This document shows positions 9,647-19,595 of a stretch of 44,205 bases of DNA, piece after piece. The stretch comes from a virus (Duplodnaviria; Caudoviricetes): positions 1 to 44,205 of IMG/VR virus record IMGVR_UViG_3300037742_000079; one strand, given 5' to 3'. The notes under the pieces were generated by a model, which worked only from the letters and a program-made list of their open reading frames with translations, made no database searches and had not been told where the DNA came from. Within the stretch, counting starts at the first letter, position 1, and every line of letters begins with the position of its first letter. Position numbers and translations under genes: made by a program.

Positions 9647-10270
9647 ATGACGTTCATCAAGCGGATGTGGGGCAGCGAGGCGACCGAGGCGGGGAAGGTC
9701 TTCTTCGACCGCCTGGAGGCGCTGCGCGAAGCGCTCCAAGCCGGCATCGCCGGCAGCCTGCAGGATCGGATCCTGTCGCCCGCCGGCGGCGTGATCGGCA
9801 CGACCGACACCAGTGTCGCCACGATCGCCTTCACGTACCAGATCGGCGCGGGCGCCGGGAAGTTCAACACGTTCAAGGCCAAGGCGGCCGTCGCGGCCGG
9901 CACGGCGTTGGCCGCCGGGACGATCCCGATCGACAAATGGGGCGTCTACCTGTTCTCGATCGCGGCCAACGGGACGATCGCCTGCGCGGCGGGCGCGGCG
10001 AACTTCACGGCGGGCTACGACACCGAGGCGCTCGCCTTGGCTGCGGTGCCAGCGACCCCAGCGAACCAGGCCGCGATCTTGGTCGTGACCGTGCTCACGG
10101 AAGTGGGCTCGACCTTCGTCGGGAACACCGACGCGCTGCAGGGTGGCGCGAGCGGCAATCCGTCGAGCGACACGAACTACTACGACGTCGGGGCGAACTA
10201 CGCCTCGGGCGGGCAGGTCTTGGCCGACGCGCTGGTCACGGCGTTGGACGAGCTGGTCGAGCTGTCGTAA
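9647..10270 (+). CDS. putative head decoration/virion protein
   Basis: GGAGG SD; Ala/Gly/Thr-rich; directly after the capsid gene. Confidence 0.55.
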   Translation: MTFIKRMWGSEATEAGKVFFDRLEALREALQAGIAGSLQDRILSPAGGVIGTTDTSVATIAFTYQIGAGAGKFNTFKAKAAVAAGTALAAGTIPIDKWGVYLFSIAANGTIACAAGAANFTAGYDTEALALAAVPATPANQAAILVVTVLTEVGSTFVGNTDALQGGASGNPSSDTNYYDVGANYASGGQVLADALVTALDELVELS

Positions 10271-10275
10271 GGGCG

Positions 10276-10833
10276 ATGGTGATCACTGACGTGCGTCCTC
10301 GTGTGGTGGCCGATCCGTGGGAGCCCGTTGCTGAGCTCCGACGCAGCGTCCACCGCGAGGCGCATGTCGAGCCCGAGGCGGCGCCGCTCGCGGAGTATCT
10401 GCGCGTCTTCCCGGGCCGCTACGTGCGCTGGAACGTCGTGCGCCAGCTCTTCGAGGTGCGCGAGGCCGATCCCGACACGGGCAAGGACGTGCGGGTCGCG
10501 CTGGTCTATGTCTGGAAGGCGCACCCCCAGACCGGCGAACTCACGCGCTGCTTCCGGCCCTTCGACTGGCAGTATGTCGAAGAGCGGAAAGCGGACTGGT
10601 ACCTACTCCGCCACGAGGGCGCAGACGCCCTCAACAAGAAGACTGATGCGAACAACCGCGCCGTCGCGCGGTCGAAGCTGCGAGACGCTGCCCGCGAGAG
10701 CGCGGCCGGCTTAAACGAGATTCGGCGCTATCTGCCGGTCTTGGCCGCCCTCCAGGCCGGGGTTCGTCCCGACGTGGCGCTGACGGAGAAGATCGTCCAG
10801 GTGAGTCCCGGAATCTCACTTTCCCGAGGGTAA
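10276..10833 (+). CDS. hypothetical protein
   Basis: ATG 10276 in the 9505-10833 ORF; fills the operon. Confidence 0.7.
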   Translation: MVITDVRPRVVADPWEPVAELRRSVHREAHVEPEAAPLAEYLRVFPGRYVRWNVVRQLFEVREADPDTGKDVRVALVYVWKAHPQTGELTRCFRPFDWQYVEERKADWYLLRHEGADALNKKTDANNRAVARSKLRDAARESAAGLNEIRRYLPVLAALQAGVRPDVALTEKIVQVSPGISLSRG

Positions 10834-10836
10834 CCA

Positions 10837-11265
10837 ATGCCACTAGTCGAACGTCGGACCCAATCGAAGACCAAGAATCACGGCACCATTCGCGCGACGC
10901 GGACGCTCTATGTCGAGCCAGGCAAGCTCAAGCCCGGCGACACGATCGTGCCGCCCACCAAGCGGCAGTTGGCCGAGCTGGCCGTGCGCTACCCCGAGGA
11001 GTTCGCGGACGAGGCGCGTGCGGCCGGTGTGGCCGCGCCCAAGGCCAAGGCCGAGACGCCGTCGCACGATGTCGATCAGCACAGCTTCACCGAGGCGCAG
11101 GAAGCCTATCTCGCGCTGAACGCGAAGGCGGCCATTGCCTTCGTGCGGGGTGAGGATGACACCGAGGTGCTGGGCGAGTGCCACGACGCCGAACAGCGGC
11201 GCCCCGATGGCCCGCGCTCGAGCGTGGTGAACGCCTTCCACGCGAAAGGCATCGGGGCCGAGTAG
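10837..11265 (+). CDS. hypothetical protein
   Basis: GAGG SD; 142 aa. Confidence 0.7.
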   Translation: MPLVERRTQSKTKNHGTIRATRTLYVEPGKLKPGDTIVPPTKRQLAELAVRYPEEFADEARAAGVAAPKAKAETPSHDVDQHSFTEAQEAYLALNAKAAIAFVRGEDDTEVLGECHDAEQRRPDGPRSSVVNAFHAKGIGAE

Positions 11266-11267
11266 CA

Positions 11268-11939
11268 ATGATCGGGACCGAGCTCCTCACCTATCTCCAG
11301 CGTCGACTCGCCGAAAACGGGTTGACGCTGGAGACCGGGCGCACGGATACCCAATACGACGCGCTCACGGAAGGGCGCGACGACGTGAAGATGGAGCTGG
11401 CGCTGGTCGCGCCCTCACTATTCGTCACGCGTGTCACGCTCGAAGTGGCCGACGCCACACTCAACACCTTTAGGATCCCGGCGGCGAGCAAGGACCCGCT
11501 GCGCACCGATGGCGTGTTCCTGCGCTGCTCGAACGAGGAGCGCATTCTCCTCACGCCCGCGGCCCAGCTGAATCGAGACGACGGCGACTACGTCTTCACG
11601 AGCCCGCGCATCGTGCAGTTCAAGACGGGACTCACGTTGCCGACGGGCGGCTCGTACCAGCTCGACGCGGTGCTGCATGACGCGGCGATCACGGCCGCGA
11701 CGACCGAGGCCCAGGTGGGGCTCCCAACGCCCTGCCATCGCGCGATCGCCAAGCGGGGCGCGGTGCTCATGCTGACGTCGGACGAGGAGTCGGACGCGAC
11801 GAACGCCGAGAAGGACTATGGCCGGGAGCTGGAGAAGCTGACTCAGCTCTACGGCAGTTACGACACCAGTGACGGCATGAAGCTGCGGCACGCGCTGATG
11901 GCGAGCGTGGCGGCGGAATACGGGGAGATGCTGCCCTAA
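11268..11939 (+). CDS. putative head-tail adaptor
   Basis: Size (~223 aa), position and 'LPTPCHRAIAKRGA' pattern typical of podoviral adaptor proteins. Confidence 0.6.
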   Translation: MIGTELLTYLQRRLAENGLTLETGRTDTQYDALTEGRDDVKMELALVAPSLFVTRVTLEVADATLNTFRIPAASKDPLRTDGVFLRCSNEERILLTPAAQLNRDDGDYVFTSPRIVQFKTGLTLPTGGSYQLDAVLHDAAITAATTEAQVGLPTPCHRAIAKRGAVLMLTSDEESDATNAEKDYGRELEKLTQLYGSYDTSDGMKLRHALMASVAAEYGEMLP

Positions 11940-11954
11940 CGGGCGGGAGCGCAC

Positions 11955-12335
11955 ATGATGACCGGACGGCCCAACAATCGATCGATCACCTTCGCGATCC
12001 CCGCCGGCGCGGGCGATTACGCCCCGGAGGTGCTCTACCTGGCGCCGAGCAACGACCCCAAGAGTGGGCTCGACTGCGTCGACGAGGTGCAGGGGTTCGT
12101 CCGCTCGCTCCCGGCGGATGCCACGATCGAGATGGACCTCCTGAAGCCTGGCGGCACGGGAGACCCCACGGTGGACACGTCGTGGAATCTCGACGCGAGT
12201 AGCGATCCGGCCAATGCCACGGGCCCGTTCGGCCTCCTGAAGCTCGGGGGCTGGAAGGGCGTCCGCTTCCGCGGCAAGTCGGGCGGCACGGGCGGCAACA
12301 GTGTGCTGGACCTCTCGTGGGTCGCCAAGCACTGA
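11955..12335 (+). CDS. hypothetical virion protein
   Basis: GGGAG SD; beta-rich 126 aa. Confidence 0.65.
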   Translation: MMTGRPNNRSITFAIPAGAGDYAPEVLYLAPSNDPKSGLDCVDEVQGFVRSLPADATIEMDLLKPGGTGDPTVDTSWNLDASSDPANATGPFGLLKLGGWKGVRFRGKSGGTGGNSVLDLSWVAKH

Positions 12336-12361
12336 GCTAACCCAGTCCACGCGAGCGCCCG

Positions 12362-13381
12362 GTGGCCTTCGGCCAGTTCCTGCAGGCCCTGTTCCGCGGC
12401 ACGCCGCCGTCGGACGCGTTCGGCGAGTTCACGGGTGCCGTGGACGCGGCCGCGTTCGCCGATTTCGTGCGTCCGACGCGCACGGCGACCGCCTTCGATG
12501 AGTTCGCGGGGTCTGGCGCCGCTGGCCCGGTTCCCCCGGGCGTCGTCATCCTGTTCGGCTGCGAGTGGACCGCCGCGCTCGGCCAGACCGAGCAGGCGTT
12601 CCGCAACGGACTGGTGGCAGGCGCCGCGACGTGGGAGGCATACAACGGTGTGCTCGGCAACGACGCGGCCGAGATCATTGCGCCGACCGGCCTGACGACG
12701 CGTGGGAACGCGTTTCGTGTCTACAACCGGGGCGAGAACAACCTGACCGTCCGCACCGACCTGATGGTGCCGGCGCTCACGACGCATTGGGGCCGCCTCT
12801 ACGTGCGGAACGACAAGACCGTAGGCGCGCACAACCATCCGATTGCCATCGGCGGGCTCCAGGACCCTCCCGCGTCGATCGAGAACGTCCCGCTCGTCGT
12901 CACCGGGACCGCCACCGGCACGCAGGTCCAAGTGCAATGCGGTTTTGACACCAACGGCGTCGCCGTCGGCTATCCGCACGTACGGTGGACCCCAGGCGCG
13001 GAAGGGGTCGCGGGCCAGCTCGAGCTGGTGAGCGGCCAATGGTACCTCTGGGAATGGGCGCTCGAATACACCGGCGCGCGCTACCAGATGCGCGTGTGGG
13101 TGAGCGAGGTGGACGGGACCGGTGCCGTGACAAACGCCGACATCTTCACGGCCGCCACGTTCTTTCGCGAGGACTATTTCGGTGCGGCCGACGGGAGCCT
13201 TGAGGCGATCCAGAGCGCCACGGCGACGTACTTCGGCCTCACGGATTCGACGAACGCGCGGCAGTACGTGCTCGGGAATGAAGGGCCGGGCAGCGGCAGC
13301 GCGAACGGCGAGCATTTCAGCATGTGCAGCTTTGCGCTCTCCACCGAGGGCCGCATCCGCGATCAGGCCCTCGCGGCCTAA
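12362..13381 (+). CDS. putative virion protein, possibly lectin/ConA-like beta-sandwich
   Basis: 'GQWYLWEWALE..RVWV..DG' pattern; located in the tail module. Confidence 0.55.
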   Translation: MAFGQFLQALFRGTPPSDAFGEFTGAVDAAAFADFVRPTRTATAFDEFAGSGAAGPVPPGVVILFGCEWTAALGQTEQAFRNGLVAGAATWEAYNGVLGNDAAEIIAPTGLTTRGNAFRVYNRGENNLTVRTDLMVPALTTHWGRLYVRNDKTVGAHNHPIAIGGLQDPPASIENVPLVVTGTATGTQVQVQCGFDTNGVAVGYPHVRWTPGAEGVAGQLELVSGQWYLWEWALEYTGARYQMRVWVSEVDGTGAVTNADIFTAATFFREDYFGAADGSLEAIQSATATYFGLTDSTNARQYVLGNEGPGSGSANGEHFSMCSFALSTEGRIRDQALAA

Positions 13382-13384
13382 GCC

Positions 13385-15823
13385 ATGGCCATCACGCTCG
13401 CGCAGCTCACCGACCGCACCGTCGCCACGATCCGCACCGTCGTCAGCGGAGCCGTTGGCATCGCGTACGCGGCGGGCGTGCTCACGATCGGCACGCTGGA
13501 AGCGCCGGTCACCACGGTCAACATCGGCGACGGCGTGACCCCGGTCGCGGTGAACGTGTACGGGGGGAACGTCACGGCGGCTGAGTTCGTCGGCGATCTC
13601 ACCGGCAACGCCGACACCGCGACCCTGGCGAGCTTCGCCATTGAGCTAGAGACCGCGCGCGCCTTCGCGCTCTCGGGCGACATCACGGCGCCAGCGATCG
13701 ACTTCGACGGCTCCGGGCCGGTCACGCTGGTCACGGCGATCGCGGCCGGCGTCATCGTGAATGCCGACGTGAACGCCGCCGCGGCGATCGCCTACGGCAA
13801 GCTCAACCTGGCTGGCAGTATCGTCAACGCGGACGTCGCCGCGGCGGCGGGCATCGTCGATACCAAGCTCGCGACGATCGCCACGGCCGGAAAGGTGAGC
13901 AACTCGGCGACGACGGCCACGGCGCTGAACACCGCGAGCGCCATCGTCGCACGGGATGGATCGGGCAACTTCGTGGCGGGCACCATCACCGCGGCGCTGA
14001 CCGGCAACGCGTCGACCGCGACCGCGCTGCAGAACGCACGGACCATCTTCGGCGTGAGCTTCAATGGCACGGCGAACGTGGTCGGCGCCTTCACGGGCGC
14101 CACCACAGGCGCGTTCTCGAGCAACGTGACGGTGGGTGGCACACTCGGCGTCACGGGCATCGGCACGTTCGATGGTCGACTCAATGCCTACGCCGCTGGC
14201 ACGACGATCCTCAACCTGCGCAACGCGGCCGCGACGGTCGACGCGCGGGAATGGTCGTGGCGGGTTGACGCCGCCGGCGTATTGGATCTCCGTTCGGTCT
14301 CCGACGCGAACACGACGCAGACGACCGTGCTCTCGATCGCGCGCGCGGGCGGCCTGACCGCGGCGACTTCGGTGACGGCGCCGACGTTCAACGGCGATCT
14401 CAACGGGGTTGCTGACGAGGCGTTGCTGGCGGACGTCGCGCTCATGGCGAACGAGGCGACGGTCCTCGACACCGCGCGCACGATCGCGATCACGGGCGAT
14501 CTCACTTGGACGTCGCCGGCCTTCGATGGCTCGGGCAACGTCACGGCCGCCGGCACGCTGGCGACGGTGAACGCCAATGTCGGCAGCTTTGGCTCGTCGA
14601 CGGCGATCCCGACGTTCACGGTCAACGCCAAGGGACTGATCACCGCCGCTGCCACGGCCGCCGTGGTTGCGCCGGCGGGCACGCTCACCGGCGCCACGCT
14701 CGCGGCGGGCGTGACCGCGAGCTCGCTCCAGACGTTCGGCACGGTCACGATCCTGAACGTCGACAACCTGCGGCTCGACGGCAATACGCTGTCGTCGACC
14801 ACGGGCGCGCTGAACATCACGCCGGTCGCGGGCTCCGCGATCGTCCTCGATGGCACGATCAGCGTCGATGCCGGGGTCGTCACCGGCGCGACCTCGATCA
14901 GCTCGACATCGTTCGCCGGCGCCCTCACCGGCAACGTGACGGGGAACGTGAGCGGGTCAGCGGCCACGGTCACGACGGCCGCGCAGCCGGCGATCACGTC
15001 GGTCGGCACGTTGACGGTGCTGCAGGTCGACAACCTGAACCTGAACGGCAACACGCTGTCGGCCACCACGGGCGCGGTGAACATCACGCCCGTGGCCGGA
15101 TCGGCCATCGTCCTGGACGGCACGATCAGCGTGGATGCGGGCGTGGTGACCGGGGCGACCTCGATCACATCGACGGCGTTTGTCGGCACGCTCTCTACTG
15201 CGGCGCAGCCGAACGTGACCAGCACGGGCACGCTGACGGTGCTGAACGTCGACAACGTCCGCATCGACGGCAACACGATCAGCTCCACCGCCGGCACGGA
15301 CCTGCTGATCACGCCGCTGGCGGGCCAGCAGCTGATTCTGGACGGCACGATCGTGATCGACGCCGGCGTCGTGACCGGCGCGACGAGCATCACGTCGACG
15401 AGCTTCGTCGGGAACCTGACCGGCACGGCCGACGAAGCCATTCTCGCCGATGTCGCGCTATTGGCGAACGAAGCCACCGCGCTCGAAACGCCGCGCACGC
15501 TGTGGGGCCAGAGCTTTGACGGGACGGGCAACGTCGATGGCGACCTGAGCATCAACGGCAGCCTCACCGCTCTGAGCACCACGGTTCCGACCTTGTCGCT
15601 GAGGTACGACGGCAGTAACCGCCTCGATGTCGAGGTGACGTCTGGCGGTCTCGCGACTTTTACAAGCCTCGGCGGGGCTGCGGGTGTGCAGTTCGGACAG
15701 AACCTCACCGTGCTCGGCAATACCGTCTTGGCGGCGCTCTTTCTCGACGGCGAAGAGGTCACTGCTGATGCCAACGACAGCGGCGGCACGGGCTTTCGCC
15801 GTTTGGTCGTTCCGAACCTGTAA
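13385..15823 (+). CDS. tail fibre protein
   Basis: A/T/G/V-rich 812 aa; repeated 'GNASTATALQNARTI..FDG' and 'VDNLRLDGNTLSST' modules. Confidence 0.85.
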   Translation: MAITLAQLTDRTVATIRTVVSGAVGIAYAAGVLTIGTLEAPVTTVNIGDGVTPVAVNVYGGNVTAAEFVGDLTGNADTATLASFAIELETARAFALSGDITAPAIDFDGSGPVTLVTAIAAGVIVNADVNAAAAIAYGKLNLAGSIVNADVAAAAGIVDTKLATIATAGKVSNSATTATALNTASAIVARDGSGNFVAGTITAALTGNASTATALQNARTIFGVSFNGTANVVGAFTGATTGAFSSNVTVGGTLGVTGIGTFDGRLNAYAAGTTILNLRNAAATVDAREWSWRVDAAGVLDLRSVSDANTTQTTVLSIARAGGLTAATSVTAPTFNGDLNGVADEALLADVALMANEATVLDTARTIAITGDLTWTSPAFDGSGNVTAAGTLATVNANVGSFGSSTAIPTFTVNAKGLITAAATAAVVAPAGTLTGATLAAGVTASSLQTFGTVTILNVDNLRLDGNTLSSTTGALNITPVAGSAIVLDGTISVDAGVVTGATSISSTSFAGALTGNVTGNVSGSAATVTTAAQPAITSVGTLTVLQVDNLNLNGNTLSATTGAVNITPVAGSAIVLDGTISVDAGVVTGATSITSTAFVGTLSTAAQPNVTSTGTLTVLNVDNVRIDGNTISSTAGTDLLITPLAGQQLILDGTIVIDAGVVTGATSITSTSFVGNLTGTADEAILADVALLANEATALETPRTLWGQSFDGTGNVDGDLSINGSLTALSTTVPTLSLRYDGSNRLDVEVTSGGLATFTSLGGAAGVQFGQNLTVLGNTVLAALFLDGEEVTADANDSGGTGFRRLVVPNL

Positions 15824-15838
15824 CCTCAACCTCTCTCC

Positions 15839-16285
15839 ATGACCAAGCCAAAGGCAGCACCCCGGCGCGCGACGCCGACGAAAGAGACCACGACGTGCAG
15901 CGCGCGCGAGGTGATCGACGCCCTCAAAGGCTTTCGCAGCCTGATCGCGATCGGCTTTCCGGTCGACTTCTCGCTCGCCATGCGACAGCGCGTGCAGGCC
16001 CTCCGGTTCGCGGCAACGCCGATCGAGGAGGAACTCGACGCGCTCACCATGCGCTGCGCCAAGCGGAAGGGCAACGCCCTCGTGGCCAGTCCCGCCGCGG
16101 GCCAGGTCGTGCTCGACGAGCGCAAGATCGACCGGTACAACACCGAGCGGCGGAAGATTCTCGGCACCATGCACACGATCGCCGCCTTGCCGATTCACCT
16201 GGCCGACGTGCCCCGCGAGGTCAACGGTGCCGAGATCGTGATCAAGGACGAGTTCGAACTGCTCGGTCCCTTCCTCCAGGACTGA
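15839..16285 (+). CDS. putative tail fibre chaperone/hypothetical protein
   Basis: Helical 148 aa directly after the tail fibre. Confidence 0.5.
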   Translation: MTKPKAAPRRATPTKETTTCSAREVIDALKGFRSLIAIGFPVDFSLAMRQRVQALRFAATPIEEELDALTMRCAKRKGNALVASPAAGQVVLDERKIDRYNTERRKILGTMHTIAALPIHLADVPREVNGAEIVIKDEFELLGPFLQD

Positions 16286-16294
16286 GGCTTCCGC

Positions 16295-17758
16295 ATGGCG
16301 CGCCCGGTCACCGTCGACAACCGCTTCGATCTTCGGGGCGGGGTGAACACGCAGATGACCGACGATCTCCTGGACACGACGGAGATTCGCCGGTCACTGA
16401 ACGCGCGCCAGTACGTGCTGGGCGGCTACCAAAAGCGGAAGGGCACCAAGCGCCTGCACACGGCCGCGATCGGTGCTGGCGGGCTCGTGACCGGCGTCTC
16501 GCTCTGGCGGCCGAGCGCCCGGCAGTTGGTCGCGCTCGCCAATGGCGATCTCTACTACAAGACGCTCGCGGCGGCCAACTTCACCGAGGTGGCGGGCTCG
16601 ACCCTCTCGGCCGCGAACTTCGCGCGCTTCGCTCCCTGGCGGGACGGCGCCTCGATCGTGCTCCTCTTCGCTGACGGCAAGCTGAACGCCTGGACCGGCA
16701 GCGTGCTCGAGGAGGATATCGCCGACGCCCCGGACGCGATCGACGTCGCGATCTACAAGGGCCGCGTCTTCGCGATCGATGGGACCAAGCGCCTCTTCGT
16801 CTCGGCGCTCCGGAACTATGAGGGGTGGGCGGAGCTGGACGGCGGGCTCTTTCAGGACATCGAGACCTACGACGCCGAGGGCCTGGTCGCGATCGCCAAG
16901 GCGGGCTCGTCGCTCTTGATGGCCAAGGGCAACAGCATCGCGCGGTACTCGGGCGTGTCGACCGACGAGATTCGGATCGAGACCGAGACCGAGGGCGTGT
17001 CGCCCATCGTGGGCTGCGTGGCCCGCCGCACCTTCATCGAGCTGGACGGCGTCAACTTCACCGTGGCCGACACCGGCCCCTACTTCGTCACCGAGGGCGG
17101 GGTCGAAGAGATCGGGCTCAAGGTCGCGGACCAGTTCGATTTCGCCAACAAGGAGCTGTGGGCGAACGCGGTCGCGGTCTACCATCGCGGGCGAAAGGAA
17201 GTGCAGCTCTCACTGCCCGCCGCGGGTGATACCGGGAATGAGGAGACCTGGTACTTGAATCTGCGCACGATGGGCTGGGACGGCCCCCAGCGCTATCTCT
17301 TTCCGGTGTCGAGTGCCGCGCGCCTTGAGCGGGCCGACGGCTCGGAGAGCGTCGTGGTGGGCGGGGACGACGGCTTCGTGCGTGACGTGGACGACACGGG
17401 CGCGGTGCACGATGACGACATGACCAGCGCGGGTGCGGACGGCGAGCCGATCGAGATGGCGCTCGAATACCCGCCCTTGATCGGCGGGAGCCCTGGGCAA
17501 GTCAAGGCGATGCGGAAGCGCCAGGTGGTGCGTGCCGATCTGGGCGCCTCGGGCGTGCTGCAGTACGAATGGGCGTCCGAGATGGGGAGCGGCGAAGTCA
17601 CGATGGCGTCGAAGGGCGCCGGCGTGAAGGCGTACCCGTGCAAGCTGGAGGCGAAGGGCACGGCGATCGTGCGGACGCTGCGCGAGGCGACGAGCAACCC
17701 CTGCGAGATCGTTGGCGTGCAGGCCGCGCTCACCTACGGCCGCCGGTTGCAGCGATGA
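16295..17758 (+). CDS. tail nozzle / DNA stabilisation protein (P22 gp10-like)
   Basis: 'DLRGGVNT', 'GGYQKRKGTK', 'VGCVARRTF' beta-propeller-type motifs. Confidence 0.7.
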   Translation: MARPVTVDNRFDLRGGVNTQMTDDLLDTTEIRRSLNARQYVLGGYQKRKGTKRLHTAAIGAGGLVTGVSLWRPSARQLVALANGDLYYKTLAAANFTEVAGSTLSAANFARFAPWRDGASIVLLFADGKLNAWTGSVLEEDIADAPDAIDVAIYKGRVFAIDGTKRLFVSALRNYEGWAELDGGLFQDIETYDAEGLVAIAKAGSSLLMAKGNSIARYSGVSTDEIRIETETEGVSPIVGCVARRTFIELDGVNFTVADTGPYFVTEGGVEEIGLKVADQFDFANKELWANAVAVYHRGRKEVQLSLPAAGDTGNEETWYLNLRTMGWDGPQRYLFPVSSAARLERADGSESVVVGGDDGFVRDVDDTGAVHDDDMTSAGADGEPIEMALEYPPLIGGSPGQVKAMRKRQVVRADLGASGVLQYEWASEMGSGEVTMASKGAGVKAYPCKLEAKGTAIVRTLREATSNPCEIVGVQAALTYGRRLQR

Positions 17759-17768
17759 GCGCGCGCCC

Positions 17769-18602
17769 ATGACCGACGGCCCGCCAGGCTATGGGTACAC
17801 GCACCGCCCGGACCCCGATCGGCTCGGGCGGAAGGGCGTGGACGCCAGGCCGCGCCTCTCGGCCTCTGGCGCGCGCGGGAGCGCCCCGACCGGCGCAACG
17901 CCGAGCGGAGTCCCCGTCGATGGCGTGCCGCGGATCACGACGCCACCGCGGGCCGCGCCGCGGCACATCAACCAGGTCGCCAAGGAAGTGACGACGCTCT
18001 TCCTCGGGGTCGACGATCCGAATCCAGGAAACCCGATCGTCCCGCCGTGGGTGCCGGACATCGAAGCGATCGCCGCAACGTGGACGCCCAACGTCACGGT
18101 CGACCCGAACGGCGGGGGCGAGGGCGGCACGCTCGTCGAGAACGCCGACACCGATGTGCACGGCTTCACGACGCCCAACCCCAACACGTATCTCCTGGCG
18201 TTTCCGGGCGTGCGCCTCGAGATCCACGGTTACGCCAAGGCCGCGGGCCGTTCGGTGCTTGCCTTCAATCTCACGATGCATCCGATCGGCACCGCCTTCG
18301 ATAACAGCTGGCTCGGCATCGTGGATCTGAGCGACGGGAGCTGCAGCGAGGTTCCGGTCGAAGAGGGGGACGGCGTCGTCACGGTCGTCGAGGCACTCAC
18401 GGCAGTCGAGGCCGGCGGTGGCTGGCGAGAGATCAGCGCGGTCGTCGAAATCACCTGCGCGAGCGCGCCAGACGGCATTGACGGCACGACCGGGGGCTTC
18501 CTCGGCGTGGGCACTTCGTTCCCCGCGGACTTCGTGTATGAGGGGGACGACGCGAGCGGTGTCGAGCTCTATGCGATGACCATCGCGCGGATCCAGCTGT
18601 GA
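17769..18602 (+). CDS. putative virion spike/fibre protein
   Basis: Beta-rich C-terminal domain ('YAKAAGRS', 'GGWREIS'); last gene of the tail block. Confidence 0.5.
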   Translation: MTDGPPGYGYTHRPDPDRLGRKGVDARPRLSASGARGSAPTGATPSGVPVDGVPRITTPPRAAPRHINQVAKEVTTLFLGVDDPNPGNPIVPPWVPDIEAIAATWTPNVTVDPNGGGEGGTLVENADTDVHGFTTPNPNTYLLAFPGVRLEIHGYAKAAGRSVLAFNLTMHPIGTAFDNSWLGIVDLSDGSCSEVPVEEGDGVVTVVEALTAVEAGGGWREISAVVEITCASAPDGIDGTTGGFLGVGTSFPADFVYEGDDASGVELYAMTIARIQL

Positions 18603-18674
18603 GTGGGTGACGCATCGGCCACGTGCGCACCGTGGCGCTCCTGTGGTAATCGTAGTACGTTGGCAGCACAGCAC

Positions 18675-18743
18675 GATCACTCGGCCGACGCGGCCCGCCT
18701 TCTCACGAGGGCGGGCCGCGTCGTCGTTTCCGGAGGAAGCGCG
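18675..18743 (+). promoter_or_regulatory. conserved hairpin leader plus SD, copy 3
   Basis: GATCACTCGGCCGACGCGGCCCGCCTTC-TCAC-GAGGGCGGGCCGCGTCGTCGTTTCCGGAGG before ATG 18744. Confidence 0.7.
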
Positions 18744-19595
18744 ATGGCGTCCAAGAACCCGCAGGTCCTGGCGATCCAGAAGGCGGCCACCGCGCAGTTC
18801 GGCAAGAAGGCTTCGCGCAAGAAATTCGACTGGATGAACGAGCAGCGCGTGGCGCAGGGCCTCCCGCCCGAGAAGAAGACCAGGGGCGGCCTGGCCGGCA
18901 CCTACGATCGGAATAAAAAGGTGATCATGCCGGCGCTCACGATCGGCGCGGGCCTGTTGACTGGCGGGCTCGCTGCGCCGGCCGTGGTCGGCGCGCTCAA
19001 GGGCTTTGATCGCGAGGGGAAGGGCGGCATCGGCTTCGACGTCGGCAAGGGCGTGCGCGGCGGCTTGGAGGGCGCGGCCATCGGCGGCGCGACCCAGCTC
19101 GCCAGCGGCGCCGTGCGTGGCGGTCTCTCTGCGATGAAGGGCGGGACCAGTATGCTGGGCGGCGCCAAGAGCGGTGCGCTCGGCACCTCGACGGGCCAGC
19201 GGCTGCTGCAGATCGGCGGCAAGGTGAAGAGCGGCGTACAAGGTGCGCTGGGTGCTGGCGGCGTCGATGCCGCGGCCGGTGCGCCTGGTGCCGCCGCGGC
19301 GGCTGCTGGTGCGGGGCGCGCGCCGCTCAATTGGGCCGACTACCTGAGCCTCGGCACCGGTGCGCTGGGCGCGATCGATGCCTACGGCCGCACGAACGCC
19401 GCGAATCGAGAGGCGGGCCGCCAGTACGATGCGGCCAGCGGGATGAACGCCGAGGCGATGAAGCTCCTGCCCGGCATGACCGAGCGGGTCGGCGACTATA
19501 GCGGCGGCCCGGACCTGAGCTACTTATCGGACACTGACAACCCCTACGTGCGGAAGATGCGCCGCCCCCTGGCGCCGCCGGCGGTCGCACTATGA
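18744..19595 (+). CDS. Gly/Ala-rich internal virion (ejection) protein
   Basis: Glycine-zipper-like stretches; GGAGG SD; podoviral position. Confidence 0.6.
   Translation: MASKNPQVLAIQKAATAQFGKKASRKKFDWMNEQRVAQGLPPEKKTRGGLAGTYDRNKKVIMPALTIGAGLLTGGLAAPAVVGALKGFDREGKGGIGFDVGKGVRGGLEGAAIGGATQLASGAVRGGLSAMKGGTSMLGGAKSGALGTSTGQRLLQIGGKVKSGVQGALGAGGVDAAAGAPGAAAAAAGAGRAPLNWADYLSLGTGALGAIDAYGRTNAANREAGRQYDAASGMNAEAMKLLPGMTERVGDYSGGPDLSYLSDTDNPYVRKMRRPLAPPAVAL

Noticed and set aside
7967-9739. Long antisense ORFs (e.g. 7967-9739, 14188-15789, 17730-19241)
   Set aside because: Typical shadows of GC-rich, codon-biased sense genes; no motifs or SD support.
13385-15823. Diversity-generating retroelement acting on the tail fibre repeats
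   Set aside because: No reverse transcriptase in the window; repeat differences are not adenine-specific.
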